A stretch of 63,780 nt of DNA, filler included, from Bigelowiella natans CCMP2755 (Eukaryota; Protista; Cercozoa), in the NCBI GenBank assembly GCA_000320545.1. It is 7 parts of 7 records of this genome, joined end to end, with 100 filler letters (N's around TTAATTAATTAA, not from the genome) between each part and the next. Parts side by side here need not be neighbours in the genome. Positions count along the whole stretch, not along the records: positions 1 to 13,555 come from ADNK01002636.1; positions 13,656 to 29,057 come from ADNK01001304.1; 5 more parts are not named here. One strand, written 5' to 3'. Shown here piece by piece: positions 11,064 through 25,185 of this stretch. Each line of letters begins with the position of its first letter. Within the stretch, counting starts at the first letter, position 1. Made by a program: the position numbers and the translations under genes. Below the pieces are notes generated by a model. The model saw nothing but the letters and a program-made list of their open reading frames with translations, was not told where the DNA came from and ran no database searches.

Positions 11064-11861
11064 TTCTTTCTCCTCTCTCTTTCTCTTTCTCATAAAATTC
11101 TTGGTTTTTGGAGAGTGAGATATATGCTTAGAAGAATCACAGATCCGAATGCCGTGTCTATGCGGTGCTGCATTGCTATTTTGTTGGTTACGAGTGGGTG
11201 ACTTTAAACGTGTGCTGTTCATTGAAGGAAGTGGAAAGGCGCGGTTGATGAATACGATGATGCAGCTGCGAAAAGCATGTAATTTAGTACCACGCTCTAT
11301 ACATCATTGCATAGCGAGAAAGGATTTGATTTTGACCATAATATCGCATATATGGTTTGATTACTGGTGTGTTATGATATTAGTTTATTATGCGACAAGT
11401 ACAAACACACACACGCACACATAATATATATATATATATATATATATAAATATTATTTATATGATGTGATATTTTAAATATCCTTACTCGTGCGTATTTA
11501 AGGCAATCATCCTTATTTGTTCGATGGCCAAGAGCCTGGCCCTCCATTTGAGACGGGTATGATGTACAGACCGATCGGCACGTTCTTGCATAACCGATGA
11601 AACCGACCGATGCTATTAGTTCCCAGCAATATTTCATCGTACAACGACGTTAAGCGAGTGATGCAGCATATGGTTGACACGAATATGTATTTCTTCCGCG
11701 ATTCTTGAATATGTGTGCGGTTAGGAGAGCATCTTGTGGAAGCTGCTGGAAAGTTGCGCCTTCTAGATCGGCTGCTCTCGAAGCTTAAATCTCAGGTGAT
11801 ATGATTTGCGCCCATACACAAACGCACACTATATTCATGATATGTACGCATAAATAATATA

Positions 11862-11904
<43 letters not shown>

Positions 11905-12345
11905 GATAAATTATATACATGTTATAATATGTATATACGTGCGTGTGTACCGGGTCAATAACCCAGCTAACTTACGTTTCGGCATGCATGTCTTCTTGCG
12001 AAATGCCGGAAGGGATCTCGAGTCTTGATCTTCAGCCAAATGGCGCGCATGCTGGACATTCTCGAGGATTATATGATCTACAGGTCGTTCTCGCTATAAA
12101 AAAAGAGCTCTGGAGTGTTTAAGGATCGATATAGCCCAACATTGCATTGAAGTCACTAGCAGCGAAAACGAGGGGGGAGGACGGGGGGGGGGGGGGTTAC
12201 TGAAAAATGAAGTCGTTCCTGATTTCTTCATCTAAATATCATTTTTTGCAAATATACTCAAACGTAAGGGGTTATGCCTATTCGAGAATTGACGGATCTA
12301 TTGCTGGCGAAGAGCGACAGGTATGCTCGCGTACGCACTCACGCG

Positions 12346-12379
<34 letters not shown>

Positions 12380-13113
12380 AACAAGCACAAACCCAACCCC
12401 TCCCGTACCTTTAACAGAGCTCTATTGATATCCTGCATCGCAACTACTCAACCCATGTCTCTCCCAGGAGCAGATTGACAGCTTCATGGCTGACGGCAGC
12501 GACAAGTTTGTATTCCTTCTCTCCACACGTGCAGGAGGGCTAGGTCACGATATGCAATATGCCGTGTATATGTAACCGCGTCTGCCGCACTAGCGTCGCA
12601 ACCCTCCATAGCGGGGACATCTTGGAAAAAAACAGAAAGCATAGTATGATGCTATTGATGTAGTCAATTGAGTCTACCAAAGAAGCAGCCCAATGCAGCA
12701 ATTTGTGCGGTGAAGATAGCGCCTTGTTGTGCAGGTTTGAACCTGCAAAAGGCCGATCAGGTGGTGATATACGACAGCGACTGGAATCCCCAGGTCCTCA
12801 TCCTTTCCACGTGTTTATTGATTGAGAGAGAAAGAGAGAGGGGGAGGGAGAGAGAGAGAGAGAGCGTGAGAAAGAGAGAGAGGGGATGAGGGAGATCTCA
12901 TACTTTCGATGCTCTCCCCCCCCTTGCTACTACACACACTATATTACTCAACTACCACTATCCAAACGCGACAGGCTGATATCCAAGCGATTGCACGGGC
13001 TCATCGTATTGGCCAAACTAAGAACGTTACCGTTTATCGACTCATTCAAGAAGGTAGCTGCTGCTGCTGCTGGTGCTCTTGATTGCTGTGGTGGACATAT
13101 ATCTGCCTTTCTC

Positions 13114-13167
<54 letters not shown>

Positions 13168-13455
13168 CTCCCTCTCTCTCTCCCTCTCTTTCTCTCTCTC
13201 TATCTGTATTTTTCCTTTCCGTTATTCTTACGTCCAAACCCCCGGTCGCCCCTCCCCCTCCCCCTCTCAAAGGAACGGTGGAGGAGAAAGTCGTCGAGCG
13301 AGCATTCCAGAAGCTATATCTCGACGCTATAGTAATGCAGCGCGGCGCTAGCAACAGTGCGGCGAGAAAGGGCGGCAAAGATAAGATATCGCAAGGAGAG
13401 ATGGTTGATATGGTTCAATTCGGAGCTGATCAGATCATGAGAACGCAAGGAGGAG
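7153..13455 (+). CDS. SMARCA5: ISWI-family SNF2 chromatin-remodelling ATPase (3'-truncated by contig end; exons upstream of about 8080 uncertain)
   Basis: Spliced exons: [112 protein letters not shown] (ISWI-typical), [43 protein letters not shown]. Confidence 0.93.
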
Positions 13456-13555
13456 GTGGACGACGTTTCAACGGAAGAATACCTTCTTTTTTTTTTTTTA
13501 ACAGTATTAACCTTATTCTAAGTTTTCTTATTCTCAAATAAATATATGAATTAGA

Positions 13556-13655
13556 NNNNNNNNNNNNNNNNNNNNNNNNNNNNNNNNNNNNNNNNNNNNT
13601 TAATTAATTAANNNNNNNNNNNNNNNNNNNNNNNNNNNNNNNNNNNNNNNNNNNN
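13556..13655. other. Artificial contig spacer (44 N, TTAATTAATTAA, 44 N)
   Basis: Same 100-bp layout at six places; the 12-mer places stop codons in all six frames. Confidence 0.97.
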
Positions 13656-14010
13656 CTCCACTGTGTGGTAGGTTGTGGGAAATAGAAGTAAAAGCAGCAG
13701 CAGTATATTTGATTTCTCTCAGCCGCACGGAAATCACTTGGTGGCTCTTTCTGTCTGTAACATAGTAAAATCGGAGAAAAACTATGCGTGTGATTGATGC
13801 TATTCTCTCCCTTCCACTCAGGTTATAGAGGTGTCAACCATGTACAAAGTAGAAGCGACAAAGCAGGTACAAACATGGAAAGGGGGGGTGGGGGGGGGGG
13901 GGGTGCACCAAGAACAAAAAATACTACCAGTGTACCCCTCCGCGTTGGCATCTGCAATCATCATGAAAAAATCCAACCTGGCTTTTTTTTTTAAATGCAG
14001 AGCAATTTAC

Positions 14011-14075
<65 letters not shown>

Positions 14076-15400
14076 AGTGTGTGTGTGTGGTTTTGAATTT
14101 CATAATATCAGCACTAAATCTAGAAACGAAAATAATCCTTCAATACTAGTTCTGGTGCCGCTACGCGGGTTACGCAAACGCCCCATTGCGTGGCGAAAAT
14201 CAAGGGTGTCATTTCCATGAATGCTCCTTGGATTGATCGAATCGTTGTTGGAGTGTTTTCCACTATGCAGCACAACAACAACTGCCACTACTAGTAGTGC
14301 TACTTCAACCTACTATTGATGATACTAATGCCCCTGTGACGACGAAGAGGACGACTACGGTTACTCCTCTACCACTACTACTACTACTACCACTACTACT
14401 ACTACTATATGGCCACCGTTGTTTGACCTTTGCCACTACGAATTTCCGTTGGCAAGTCCAACAACAACAACGCAGCAAGAAGCAGCACAACACAGAAAAC
14501 ATACAACAGCACCGTTCTCTCACTCACCGGCAAGGAAGATGTACTCATAAAAGGAGAGGCCATCCGCCGTCATCGCTAGCACAGCCATCACACATAGCGC
14601 TAGTAGCCATCCAACTTGTGGAAGAAGAAGAAGAAGAAGAAGAAGAAGAAGAAGAAGAAGAAGAAGAAGAAGACAAAAACGACGACGACGAATTGCAGAT
14701 ATATTGTTGCGTGGGGGTAGTAGGAGTACGAGTATAAAACAGTAGTGTGGTGAGAGAATAACATGACAGCATATGACACACACACATACACACATACACA
14801 CACACACACACACACACATACACACACACACACACACGCACGCGCGCGCGCGCAGAAGGTAGCGGGTGATGATTAATGCTAAGAGGGCATAAAACTACTA
14901 CCGATCATGTATGGCTTCCTCTTCATCCCACAGGGCCTATTCGCTTCGGAGAAGAAAGCTATGAATATCTTGATGTTCCATGCGAGCTGGACAACGCTGC
15001 CGGCCACCGAACATCTGGGGGAGGGAAGACAAAATACAGCGTGAAGAAGGGAACTTCGTTGGTACGACGGGCACATCACAGCAGCTATCATTCGTAGCAA
15101 TGCGTCCTTTATAAGCACGACGAAGATCTCTCACGATCTCCAGAGTTTATTTCGGAAACAAGCAAATGATCTCGGCGAATTAGTTTAAACTAGCCTCGTT
15201 TGTTTTCTGTTGTAGTTACGTGTTGTTGTTTTCCTCCGGCCAAACATAGTAGCAGAATGACTTTGCTGTGCCGAAAGCTAGGCCGTCGCATAGACCAACG
15301 CTCGCATAGCTAACAAGATCAACGGTAAAGGTAATTATGAACACTACGACATGAGCGCGACGATCATCGACGAGGATGCAGGATGCAAGCAAAGGTGGAG

Positions 15401-15445
<45 letters not shown>

Positions 15446-16024
15446 CTTAACAGAACCACCGGTGCTACACATCGGAATAATAATACTTATTCTGGATTTT
15501 GCATTACTGGAAGTAGATGGCTACATTTTCCCTCGTAAACATGTTGATCTCCTCGTATTCCGAAGCGTTATTTGCCGAATCAGCGTCCAAGGCGTCATGG
15601 CTCTCGACGGACTTCTTATCGCGTCCAACCTGAGAGAATACAGTCTTATTCGAAATCTCAACCTAGCCCCATAATAGGTGACTACTACAAATATGCGCAG
15701 CTCACGTTGTAGAGCCGTTCATACTGACTCTCTTTCCTCAATAGCGCGTGCTTCGCTGAAATATGGTTCTTCGATTCGTCATCGGACAATGCCGCCTATT
15801 TTTTTTTTTGAACAGTGTATAATATCCCAAATGGATTAAGCACTTTGGATCATCTGCCACCCTTCCTACTAACACGCCCATGTGCTGGAAAGGCGAGGTT
15901 ATGAATCGATAAGGACCTGGCTGAGTTGGTCAATCGAGGGATGGTGCGCATACTCCAAGAAGTCCTGCGAGAACGATGCCCGGGAGGAGAGGGAAGTGCG
16001 GCTGAACGATGCACGAGCGGACAT
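13656..16024 (-). CDS. BT1 / folate-biopterin transporter family membrane protein (3'-truncated)
   Basis: Spliced exons: ENVAIYFHYASVGLCDGLAFGTAKSFCYYVW, VVQLAWNIKIFIAFFSEANRPCGMKRKPYMIG (BT1 W.FK...SD..P..G.RR.PYM motif), WLLALCVMAVLA, FFMMIADANAEGYTVE. Start at 16024 is tentative. Confidence 0.8.
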
Positions 16025-16507
16025 CTCAAATTCTTTTTAGTCCTCGTCAGTGCGAGGGATAGCGTTGCGCACTCTCCCTTCGACGCGAGGCAGTCCCGAG
16101 ATTGATGGCTCGGAGATTTGGGTGGGGGGGGCTGGCTCTTCTTCTGCAACTGCTCGGAACTGAAATGAATCTCATCTACAGATATGCGACAAGCTCAGGA
16201 GTATGTCGCTATATCTAAAAACACATGCATTTTATAGAAAACCCAGTCGAGGCAGAGAACAGCCTCTCACTACCATGTCTGCGACAACTCGGAGCCCCTG
16301 TCGCAAGATTTAGTATCATTGGTCTGAGGAACGACGGGAGATATTCATGAGGAAAATGGGGGGAGAATTATACAGTATTTTTGAAGTACGACAACTAATT
16401 TATACGGTTTTCACAGAATAAACCCCGGGCGAGGAATATCGTTTCAGGGCATTGGTGCCCCCCCTAAGGGAAAGCAAGGAAGCGTAATTCCTCCTTCCTA
16501 GCGAATC

Positions 16508-19122
16508 ATGAGTCATCACAACTTCACATCAATCTTATCAAGTCCCGCAAAATCGCCCAGAAAGCGTGGTGGAGGGCTTTTGGGTTTGGCAATAAACACA
16601 AAGCTGAGCTCTCCCCGTTCCATTGCAGGTGGGTAGCAGTAGATCACCCTAAAGATTACATAGCCAGTTAGGCAAAATCCATAATCATCTCCTTTCCCGA
16701 CCACCCCATCAAATTTATCTTTTACTCTTACCAGATCGTATAGTCTTCTCCTTGCATCATAGAATGAATATTGAAGAAGCTCTGATGTTTTCATGCTGTT
16801 GTTTAGATGGTGGATCTACGACTAATGCGGCAGTGAAGAGAGAGCAGAAAGGATTTCGGGCACTCATTACCGCCACTGCGACTGAGAGGGATGGATTACA
16901 GACTAAACTCAAGGAAAGGTGAGTGGGGGCGGTGGAGGTTTCATTACTACATTCTATTTGTTTATGTTCGGGAGAGAGAGAGAGGGAGAGAGGGAGCGCA
17001 TAAATTGCAAAATCACAGCAGCAACCAAAAAAATATTTATGGTGACATTAACATAAAAACGGAAACGACGATATTTCTGCATTTCCGACGGCATGAAAAC
17101 GACGTACATCGAGAAATGGCCATGAGCACACAGATACGTGTATGTCGGAAATTATGCACATTGTAATACCCTTCGCTGTTCCTCTCGTAGGCACGAGGAG
17201 ATGTTGCAACTACTGGAAGCGTTGGACCGCAAGAAATCCCAGTGCCGCACCCTAACCATCAAAAACCGTGAGCAGGGCAATCACCTCACGCAGAGCTTGG
17301 AGAAGATAGAGATCCTGAATAGCGAAAACCTACACCTGAGACAAACGTCCGAGCAGGAGGCAAAGGCAACAGCCAAGCACGTAGCTCTGCTCAAGCAACA
17401 AGTGTGCGACCGCGCGCACGAGATCAAGCTGTTGGAACGCTCGGTAGCTGACCTCCGAAAGGATTCTGCAGACCAGAAGCAGGTGTACGAGTCCCGCATC
17501 AGCGCCCAGGAAAAGCAGTATAGCGAGCTTGAGGGAATCCTGCAGTCGCGTATCGATGAACTGTCGGACCTCAAGACTACCTCGCGTGCTCGCCAGGACC
17601 AGTTAAGCGAGAAACTGGCAAAGAGTCAGGCTGAGGTAGCGACTTTAAACGGCGAGATACGTGCGCTGCAAGATGTCAGGGAGAACAACCAGGAGCTAGA
17701 GAAGGCTCTTGGCGCTACTCGTTCGAGGGTGGAGCACCAGGCTGAGGAGCTGGTAAAGGCTACGGAGGCGCGAGCGCACGTGGCAGGGGAGCTCAAGCTT
17801 TCTCGCAAGCAGGCCGAAACCGCTGCGGACGAAGTGAAGCGCCTCTCAGCAGCTCTGAGCGACGCCAAGCATGCGCTGTCGGCGGGGATGGCGGAGGCTG
17901 AGAGCAAGATGAGGGCGGCCCTGGCAGAGTCCGAGCGAGCGAACCACGAGGCGATGGAGAAGGCCGAGGCGAGAAGAGCGGCGGAGGAGAGCACCTACTT
18001 AGAGAGCATCAGGCGTGTGGAGGCGGAGAAACGGGTGTTAGAGACCAAGGTTGCTGCCATGGAGGAGCTAAGGCACCGGAATTCCGAGCTGAAAGACTCG
18101 TTTCAGAACCTGCAAAGTGAGCTCAAGCAGACCGTGACGAAGATGCAAGCTGAGGGACTGAGCCTACGCGAGGAGGTGAGGAGGCTAGCTGCCGGGAAGG
18201 CGGAGATTGAGGGCGAGCACCGAGTGCGTGCGAAAGCCCTGGAGACGTTGGAGAAGCAAGCTGCTGAGCTTAGGGTAATAAGCGACGAGAATACTTACTT
18301 GCACGCCATAAGATAGAGATGTAACAAACCGAAGAGCCTAGTAATAGTGCACAATAATGAGAAACAATATGATTAGATTAAGGCGGCATCATAGCCAGCC
18401 AGAACATTCTAGCACGCTTACCCTTGTGCTAATCGTCCTTGTGAAAAGAAAAATTCATTTACTATCTTGATCCCCTCTCTCCTCCTCCTCCTCCTCCTCC
18501 TCCTCCTCCTCCTCTTCCTCCTCTTTTCGCACCACCACTAACATGCTGATATTATCTCCCAGTCACAGCTTGGAACTCTTCGGAGCAAATGCGCGGCGGT
18601 GGAGGCCGACAACCGTGAGCTCAGGTCAAGGAGCCTTGAGCTGGAAAGAAAGCGTGATGCCGCGGTGCTAGAGCTCGCAACTCGCGTCAGTCGCAACGAG
18701 CAGGAGCGGCTTCAGTCTCAGGGGGAATTCACACGCGTGTTCGGTGATCTGAAGCACAACCAATGCTTGGCGCAGGAGCTTGCGAAGCGCTTGGAGATCG
18801 AAAGGGCTGCTGCCGAACGACTTTTGGAGCAGGAGCGCGCCGCCACTGCCCAGACTATCGCCGAGAAGATCGCCGAGCGGAAGGCGGAGATGGAGCAGGG
18901 AATGGAGAGGATGCAGAAGAAAACGGATCACTTCAGGAAGTGCCTGGACCGATTGTCCTCTCGCTTTGCAAAGGTCGTCGGCGGGACGCAGCAGCCACTT
19001 GCTCTTTTTATTTTATGTGCATGTTGTGTGTTACGAGGAAGAGTAGTGGGTTTGATGATGATAGGGCCACTTTTATGCCCGAAAACAAATTAAGCACACG
19101 CACACAAATATGCACCTAAATA

Positions 19123-19168
<46 letters not shown>

Positions 19169-19999
19169 CATGGTTTTTGGTGCCCGCTATATCGTCGGTG
19201 TAAATATTATTAATGTGTGTGTGTGTGTGTGTGCGCGCGCGCGCAAACGATTATGTATATGCCTTCAAACACAACACTCCAACGCACACACACACACACA
19301 ATTGCTCGAAATTCACAAAAGCTGTTACCGGCCGTACTTCAGGTCCACCGTAAGCAACATGGGCAGCACAATGCAGAAGTATGGGTTGCTCGGTGGCAGG
19401 CGCTTGTTTATAGAAGAAAGTATCTACGCTGTCTGTGGTACAAAATCTTGCGCAGAGTCAAGCGGAAGGCGATAGTCATTGCCAACGACGGCAACGACTA
19501 TGCAGATGATGACTTCGAGAGTGGTGTGGAAGAAAAGGAGGGAGCTGTCGCTGACGGAAGGGGGGGGAGGGCACAGCCGCAGCAGCCCTCTGATCTCGTG
19601 AGAGGTAATAACGGCCTGGGGGTCAACTACTACAAGACCCTGCGTGAGAATATGGATAACGTTGGGAGGTTGCTGCAGCGGGTAGACGCCAGGCAACCGG
19701 AGAGGGGGCAGAGAGAGCTGGCGAAAGGCTACGAGGACTTAGAAAGTGCTATCGAAAGATACCATAGTTTTCTGTCGTCCAAAGATGAAAATTCTGACGG
19801 GCAAGCTGTGGACATGGAGAAACTGGCAACGTCTACACGTGAGATCGAGGCGTTCGAGGCAGAGAGCATGCAGTTGTCGAGGAGCGTGACGGATCTTATC
19901 CACGCAGTTGGAGCAGGGAGAATAACCGCTGGTGCTACTACTGCGGCTCTTTTAGAATCGAGGGGAGGGGCCAACTACAGCAAAGAAATGAACAGGTAG
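16508..19999 (+). CDS. Long coiled-coil protein of unknown function
   Basis: Long E/K/R/A/L-rich heptad exons (about 16807-16918, 17191-18274, 18562-18973, 19344-19999) joined by GT-AG introns; the 5' end is uncertain. Confidence 0.75.
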
Positions 20000-21038
20000 G
20001 CCAAGCGTTTGTGATTCTGCTATGTTCAAATGTTCGATTGCATGAGAATCACACGTGCGAACGGGCCTAGTACCTAGCTACATGTAGAATTCATCATCGC
20101 AAGCTTTTAGTTTAGCACGCAGAGCAAATAAACTACAAAAATGTGACGTCGCCGCATGCTGTGTGAACTCGCGTGCATCAACTGTTTTGATGGTGTGCGA
20201 CTGTCTAGCTGTGCTAAACATTGTAACGTACACATCACTAGCTTGTTGCGCTAGCGCGTTATTGTAGCCTATAAGCCATGTCAATGAATGAAATGATGAT
20301 TACATTTTTTGCATGGGTATCCACCTGCAAGCGTATGAGACGGATGTAATGAAATGTTTAAATTTTTTAGCGTATGTGCACTAGTACATAGCATGTTGCA
20401 TGTTGGCCACACTATAACACATCCTAGCGCACTAGCGCAGCATCTAAATGTAATGAATGAATAATTGATTGGATCTTTTCACTGGCGGTCATCCAAACAT
20501 AGTAATATGATCCACCATGTGTCTTCTCCACAATAACCGCGCGCATTAATGTATCATAATGCATGACTTCACTACTACTACGACTACTACTACTACGCTA
20601 CTACTAGCGTAGCTGTCGATAGCTGTGGCATGCATTACTAGCTAGCTAGATTATAGCATAAGCGAGTGGCGGTATCATCGCTGAACTGCTGCCAGCCTAA
20701 CGTACGCAGGATGCATGTAGTTTAATCTCGCGTTTAACATGCATCAGAGCCAGCTAGCCAGAGAGATTGCATGAATGTCACATGAAATATGACGATCATT
20801 GCCTCTTAGTTTTAGCACAAAAGCCGATCTATTTATTGAGGTGCTGTAGTAAATTTGTTCAATAATGCAGCCACGTAAATATTCGCAACATATTATGGTG
20901 GTACACGTTTCGCAATCGATGCGCTAGGCAAGATTGAGATGTAGTGAATACCATACCCAAACCGGCTACGAACTGCCGACCCATTTATCAATCAGCTGCT
21001 GATCCATGAATCATTGCTGCATTGAGGGATTTCTTGTT

Positions 21039-21762
21039 TCAATGCTGATCGCACTGGACGATATCGAAGGTGGAGTTCCCCATCATCGTAATCTGGCATC
21101 CCACCACGGTCTTCTTGAACTTGCCGTTTGACTCCATGATCACTTGGAGGTCAAGTCCGCCGATAGGGTCATCGTGAGTTCCGTAGTTGAAAGGAGCAGA
21201 TCCCTTGCCCGTGACATTTACATGTTCGCTCAAGACCCTAAGTTGAAAGTGCACAAATGCCAAATCATTTCTTTTTTAAAGGCCACGCCACGGAAAATTG
21301 CAGCGACGGTAAGGAAAATGAACACAAAGTTATAGTTTCTTACGCGTAGATCTTCTTGATGGTCGCTCCACAGTTAGTTAAGTAGTGCCCAACTCCCTAA
21401 CAAAATCAAAATTGTTGCTCATTCAGACTGCTAGTAACTCATGATATTCCCTGTATCCATGGTCATCATCATCATCACCATCTTGCCAAAATAAGCGCGA
21501 GCAGCAAAGGTACAAATACTACCTGATAGTCTCCTCCATACTGACAAGACCATACCCAGTCGAACTGCGTCAGGGTGGTGCCAACTCCATTCTTAAACTT
21601 GAAGGAAAAGAGATCAGATTGCCAGTTTTTGAAGTTCTCTAAGTCGATCCAGCTGGTGGCGTTCTCAGGGACAGCACTGTGACATTTTAACACCATTATT
21701 CGCAGGTGATCAACCAAAACATCAAACACAAAAAAACAAACACACGCACACACACACACATA

Positions 21763-21811
<49 letters not shown>

Positions 21812-22695
21812 TACTTTCGGCTACTACTTACTAAAGCAAGTTGCACAAAGTCATCTACAGAGAAGATATTCGATTTCTACCCAGTCCAGTCAATGGAATA
21901 GTCCACAGTTGGAGTGTTATTGTTGATAATGTTCCAAATCTTTGAGAGACAGATTTGAAAGTCAGTGTATGAGGGAGGAGAGGGAGGAGGATTAATTGGA
22001 TCCTTGGCGAATTGGTTTGAAGAAAAGCAAGCTAAGGCTGTTTGGAAAATTCAAAAAATCGCACGAAAAGAGACTAGTTTGATTCGCATTTTAGAAGGTC
22101 AATTACGATTTTTCCAATCTGAACAATGATTGAAGGGTCGATTCCTTCCACTTGTTGGCCGTGCTTGTGGTGAGCTCCGTGGTGATGCCCATGATGGTGG
22201 CGCTTATGATGTCCCTGATGGCGTTTACCGTGGTGGCGGTGGTGGCGATGGTGCGCAGTAATAGGCTTGAACTAAAGATATTTTGATTATCAATAAATAC
22301 AATAGACTTAGGGTGTGTGCAACAACAGCACCGCCGTGTTATTCTCATTACCTGGTAACCGGGAACAACGGGCCTTCTTTGAACGACTCCATCGCCTTTG
22401 ATCACCTAGTCAGCGAGTATATGATTCGAGGGATTATTCCACACGTCTAACGTTGCACGCGTAGACCCTCACAATGACAGTCCTTGCACAAAACTACCTC
22501 GAGAAAAGCTGGAGTAAGGAAATATTCAAGATTGTGCATGGTAAAGTTGTTTCTGAGCCAGACAGGCAGTCCATCTCCGTATTCCTTAAGGAATGCTTCG
22601 ATTTGAGGATCCTGCTTGCTGTGGTGCTTCTTCCCCTCGGTAAGAAGGAGAGTCAGGGCAACGGTGAGGCCGAAGAGAGATGGGGCGCGATACAT
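21039..22695 (-). CDS. Secreted uncharacterised beta-rich protein resembling a family I recall from Bdellovibrionota/Elusimicrobia and amoebae
   Basis: Signal peptide MYRAPSLFGLTVALTLLLTEG. Spliced exons: IWNIINNNTPTVDYSIDW, AVPENATSWIDLENFKNWQSDLFSFKFKNGVG..QFDW.W..QYGGDYQGVGHYLTNC, PFNYGTHDDPIGGLDLQV, ITMMGNST. Confidence 0.65.
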
Positions 22696-23398
22696 GGAAG
22701 TTACTTGGATTTTCGAGGCAGGGGGTAGCAAATATCTCCAAAAGTACTGTATTCGTCATGTCGCAAGTATTAAATAACAGTGTATTACTTAATTTACCAA
22801 AAGAGTACCGGTATGGACAAAAATGGCGTATCAAAAGCCATGTCCTTTTATTCTGCGTAATAATGGAATCTACTTTTATATCGCGACATGGAATGCTGGT
22901 TTTTCAGTGAGTTCGAGTTAGTTTTGTTGTCGCAATATTCGAATCGCATTTCCAAAACCACATTTTAAAGAAAAGTTCTTCCTACCACACCCCTCAGTGC
23001 CATCCGTGCCTCGCCCATTGGCCTCTCGCATTATTCTGGAACGCGCACCGCGGGGAACGAGAAGAGTCGAATTTTGTCTTGGAATTGTTAAAACTTAGGT
23101 TCTGTTCCTTTCGTGGGAGATGATTCGTCGAATAAGACTCTTTAATGCTTCCTTTTTCTTGGAATATTTTAGCCAAAATCTTTCGCCCTTTCAGGGAGAT
23201 TATGCAGTTTACCACATGGAAAACGCTTGATGATTAAATAGAATTGATGATTAAATAGAATACATATTTTTCATATATTTCTCGTGGGGAGGGTGCATAG
23301 CAGCCTACATTCTACCTCAATTCTTCAAAAGCGTCATACCGCCTTTAAATTTTCAGAGAGGAAACAAAGGAGAAGAGCATAGGGAACTATCTAGCTCC

Positions 23399-23647
23399 AT
23401 GTACCAACAAGTTCCGGATGATGAAGGGGGCAGAAATCGAGCTCAGGAATTACAGGTTATTGTAAAATAGGCCTGCGTGGTTCCTCTTAGCTCGCAATAT
23501 CGTCATAATGCTTTTTTGATGCTGCAGGAAAACATAAAGGACCCTGTTGAGTTGAAGATCGTCCAAGTCGGACGAGGCACACGTCAGGTGAGTGATGATC
23601 ATAATTCCATGCTGTTAGAATCCCAAGTTGCTATTGAGAAGAGCTTA

Positions 23648-23683
<36 letters not shown>

Positions 23684-25185
23684 TCCCAGATTGTCGCTTC
23701 GTTGTCTTGGACGCTGGCCAATTTGAAAGAGGCCTTCTTTGATGCTGAGGTATTGCCGATATATGTTTTCTGTCCTCACCCGGATGTAATGTGGGGATTG
23801 ATATTGGTTGATCGATTGTACAATCGATTAGGTGAAGCAAGGTAAGAATATCCGGATCATCTCCCAAGGCAAGCTCCTCCAAGATGACTCCACTTTAGAA
23901 GCTGTCGGCCTGCGAGATGGGGCTTTCCTGCACGTCTCTATTTGTGAGCGAAATAACGGAATGGTAATTTCGAAACCGATGTCGCATGCAGATCATAAAA
24001 CACTCAGATACTAACTTCCACTAAGTCTTGCCCGGACAATTCAGTAGATGCGCCCCTATATACTGTGTTTGTTTTGATCGATCCACTCATATTATCACTC
24101 ATCATTGATTCAATCAATCGCATCATGATTCCACTTCTTACTTGCAGGTGAATAATCCTGCCGATGAAAGGCATGCCGCCTCTCAGAGTCAGTTCACCTT
24201 GGATCATGAGGAACAGATACCCCAGTGGCTTGTGCAGGTAGTAGATGCACAGAGAAGAAGAACCAAGAATAAAGAGCTGGCGGGGGGAGAGGCAGCTCTC
24301 CCCCTTAACAATCTCGAAAATACTGTTCCGCGGGCTCCCCGGACAAAAATCACCACGCCTTCAGCTTAATAAATACGGCAATTTTTCCCAAAAAAAGGGA
24401 AAAAGTTCTTGATAAGTAGCTGTGAATTTTCCCAGGGAAGAAGGGGGTGTGGGGAGTATTCGCAGCTACAAGCAACCTTGAAACACGACAACCGCCGCCA
24501 CCACCAGCAGCAAGAACGAAGTGAACAAAAAACTGACTCATCACCTTTAGGCGCGCTTCGTCCGGGAGGGAAATAACGGCGATTTCATCCTCGGCTTCAT
24601 CATGGGGTTCTTCCTCGGAGTCCTGACACTCATATGGGTGTGGCAGCGCGCTGTTCCGCGACGACAAAAGCTCGGAATAATGCTAGGGTATTTATGCAGT
24701 ATACGATAGCAGCAGTTTGGAGGGGGGGGGGAAATAGATGGAGAAGGGAAAAGAGGGAAGAGAGATTTGACAAATTCTTCAAATAGCATAAGACAATACA
24801 ACCATTGGCGCTGCCTCTGTCTAGCTCGGCGGTCAACGCAATGAATCTTGCCTTGTTTCGTGGTTTCTCCATTCCATCAGTGCCTGTAGGGCAAAGCATT
24901 ATCATGGCTCGCTTTCTTTCCCTAAAAGCATCACGATGATGATGATGATGATGATGATGACGATGATGCCGAATTTCGACCTATATTCTAAAACAGCTAC
25001 TAGCTCGAGCAAGAGCACCACATTCACACACAAACACTGCCGATAACCTAACCTAACCACACAGGTTTGGCTTCAACTTGCTGTTGGGATTCGTTCAAGT
25101 CGCAAACGGCAACCACCAAGGCCAAGGAGGCAGCGGCGGCGCGCCAGTGACAAATCCCAACGACCAACCTGGAGTCGGTCATTAG
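23399..25185 (+). CDS. Ubiquitin-like domain + C-terminal transmembrane hairpin protein (DSC3/DUF2407-like)
   Basis: Spliced exons: WTLANLKEAFF..EVKQGKNIRIISQGKLLQDDSTLEAVGLRDGAFLHVSI (UBL) and EGNNGDFILGFIMGFFLGVLTLIWVWQRAVPRRQKLGIMLGFGFN; stop TAG at 25183-25185. Confidence 0.8.

Noticed and set aside
13556-13655. TTAATTAATTAA palindrome recurring six times
   Set aside because: Always centred in an identical N-padded 100-bp block; it is an assembly linker, so adjacency across it carries no biological meaning.
14297-14841. ORFs with poly-E, poly-S, CVCV, YIYI or LSLS runs here and throughout the ORF track
   Set aside because: They are translations of intronic microsatellites.
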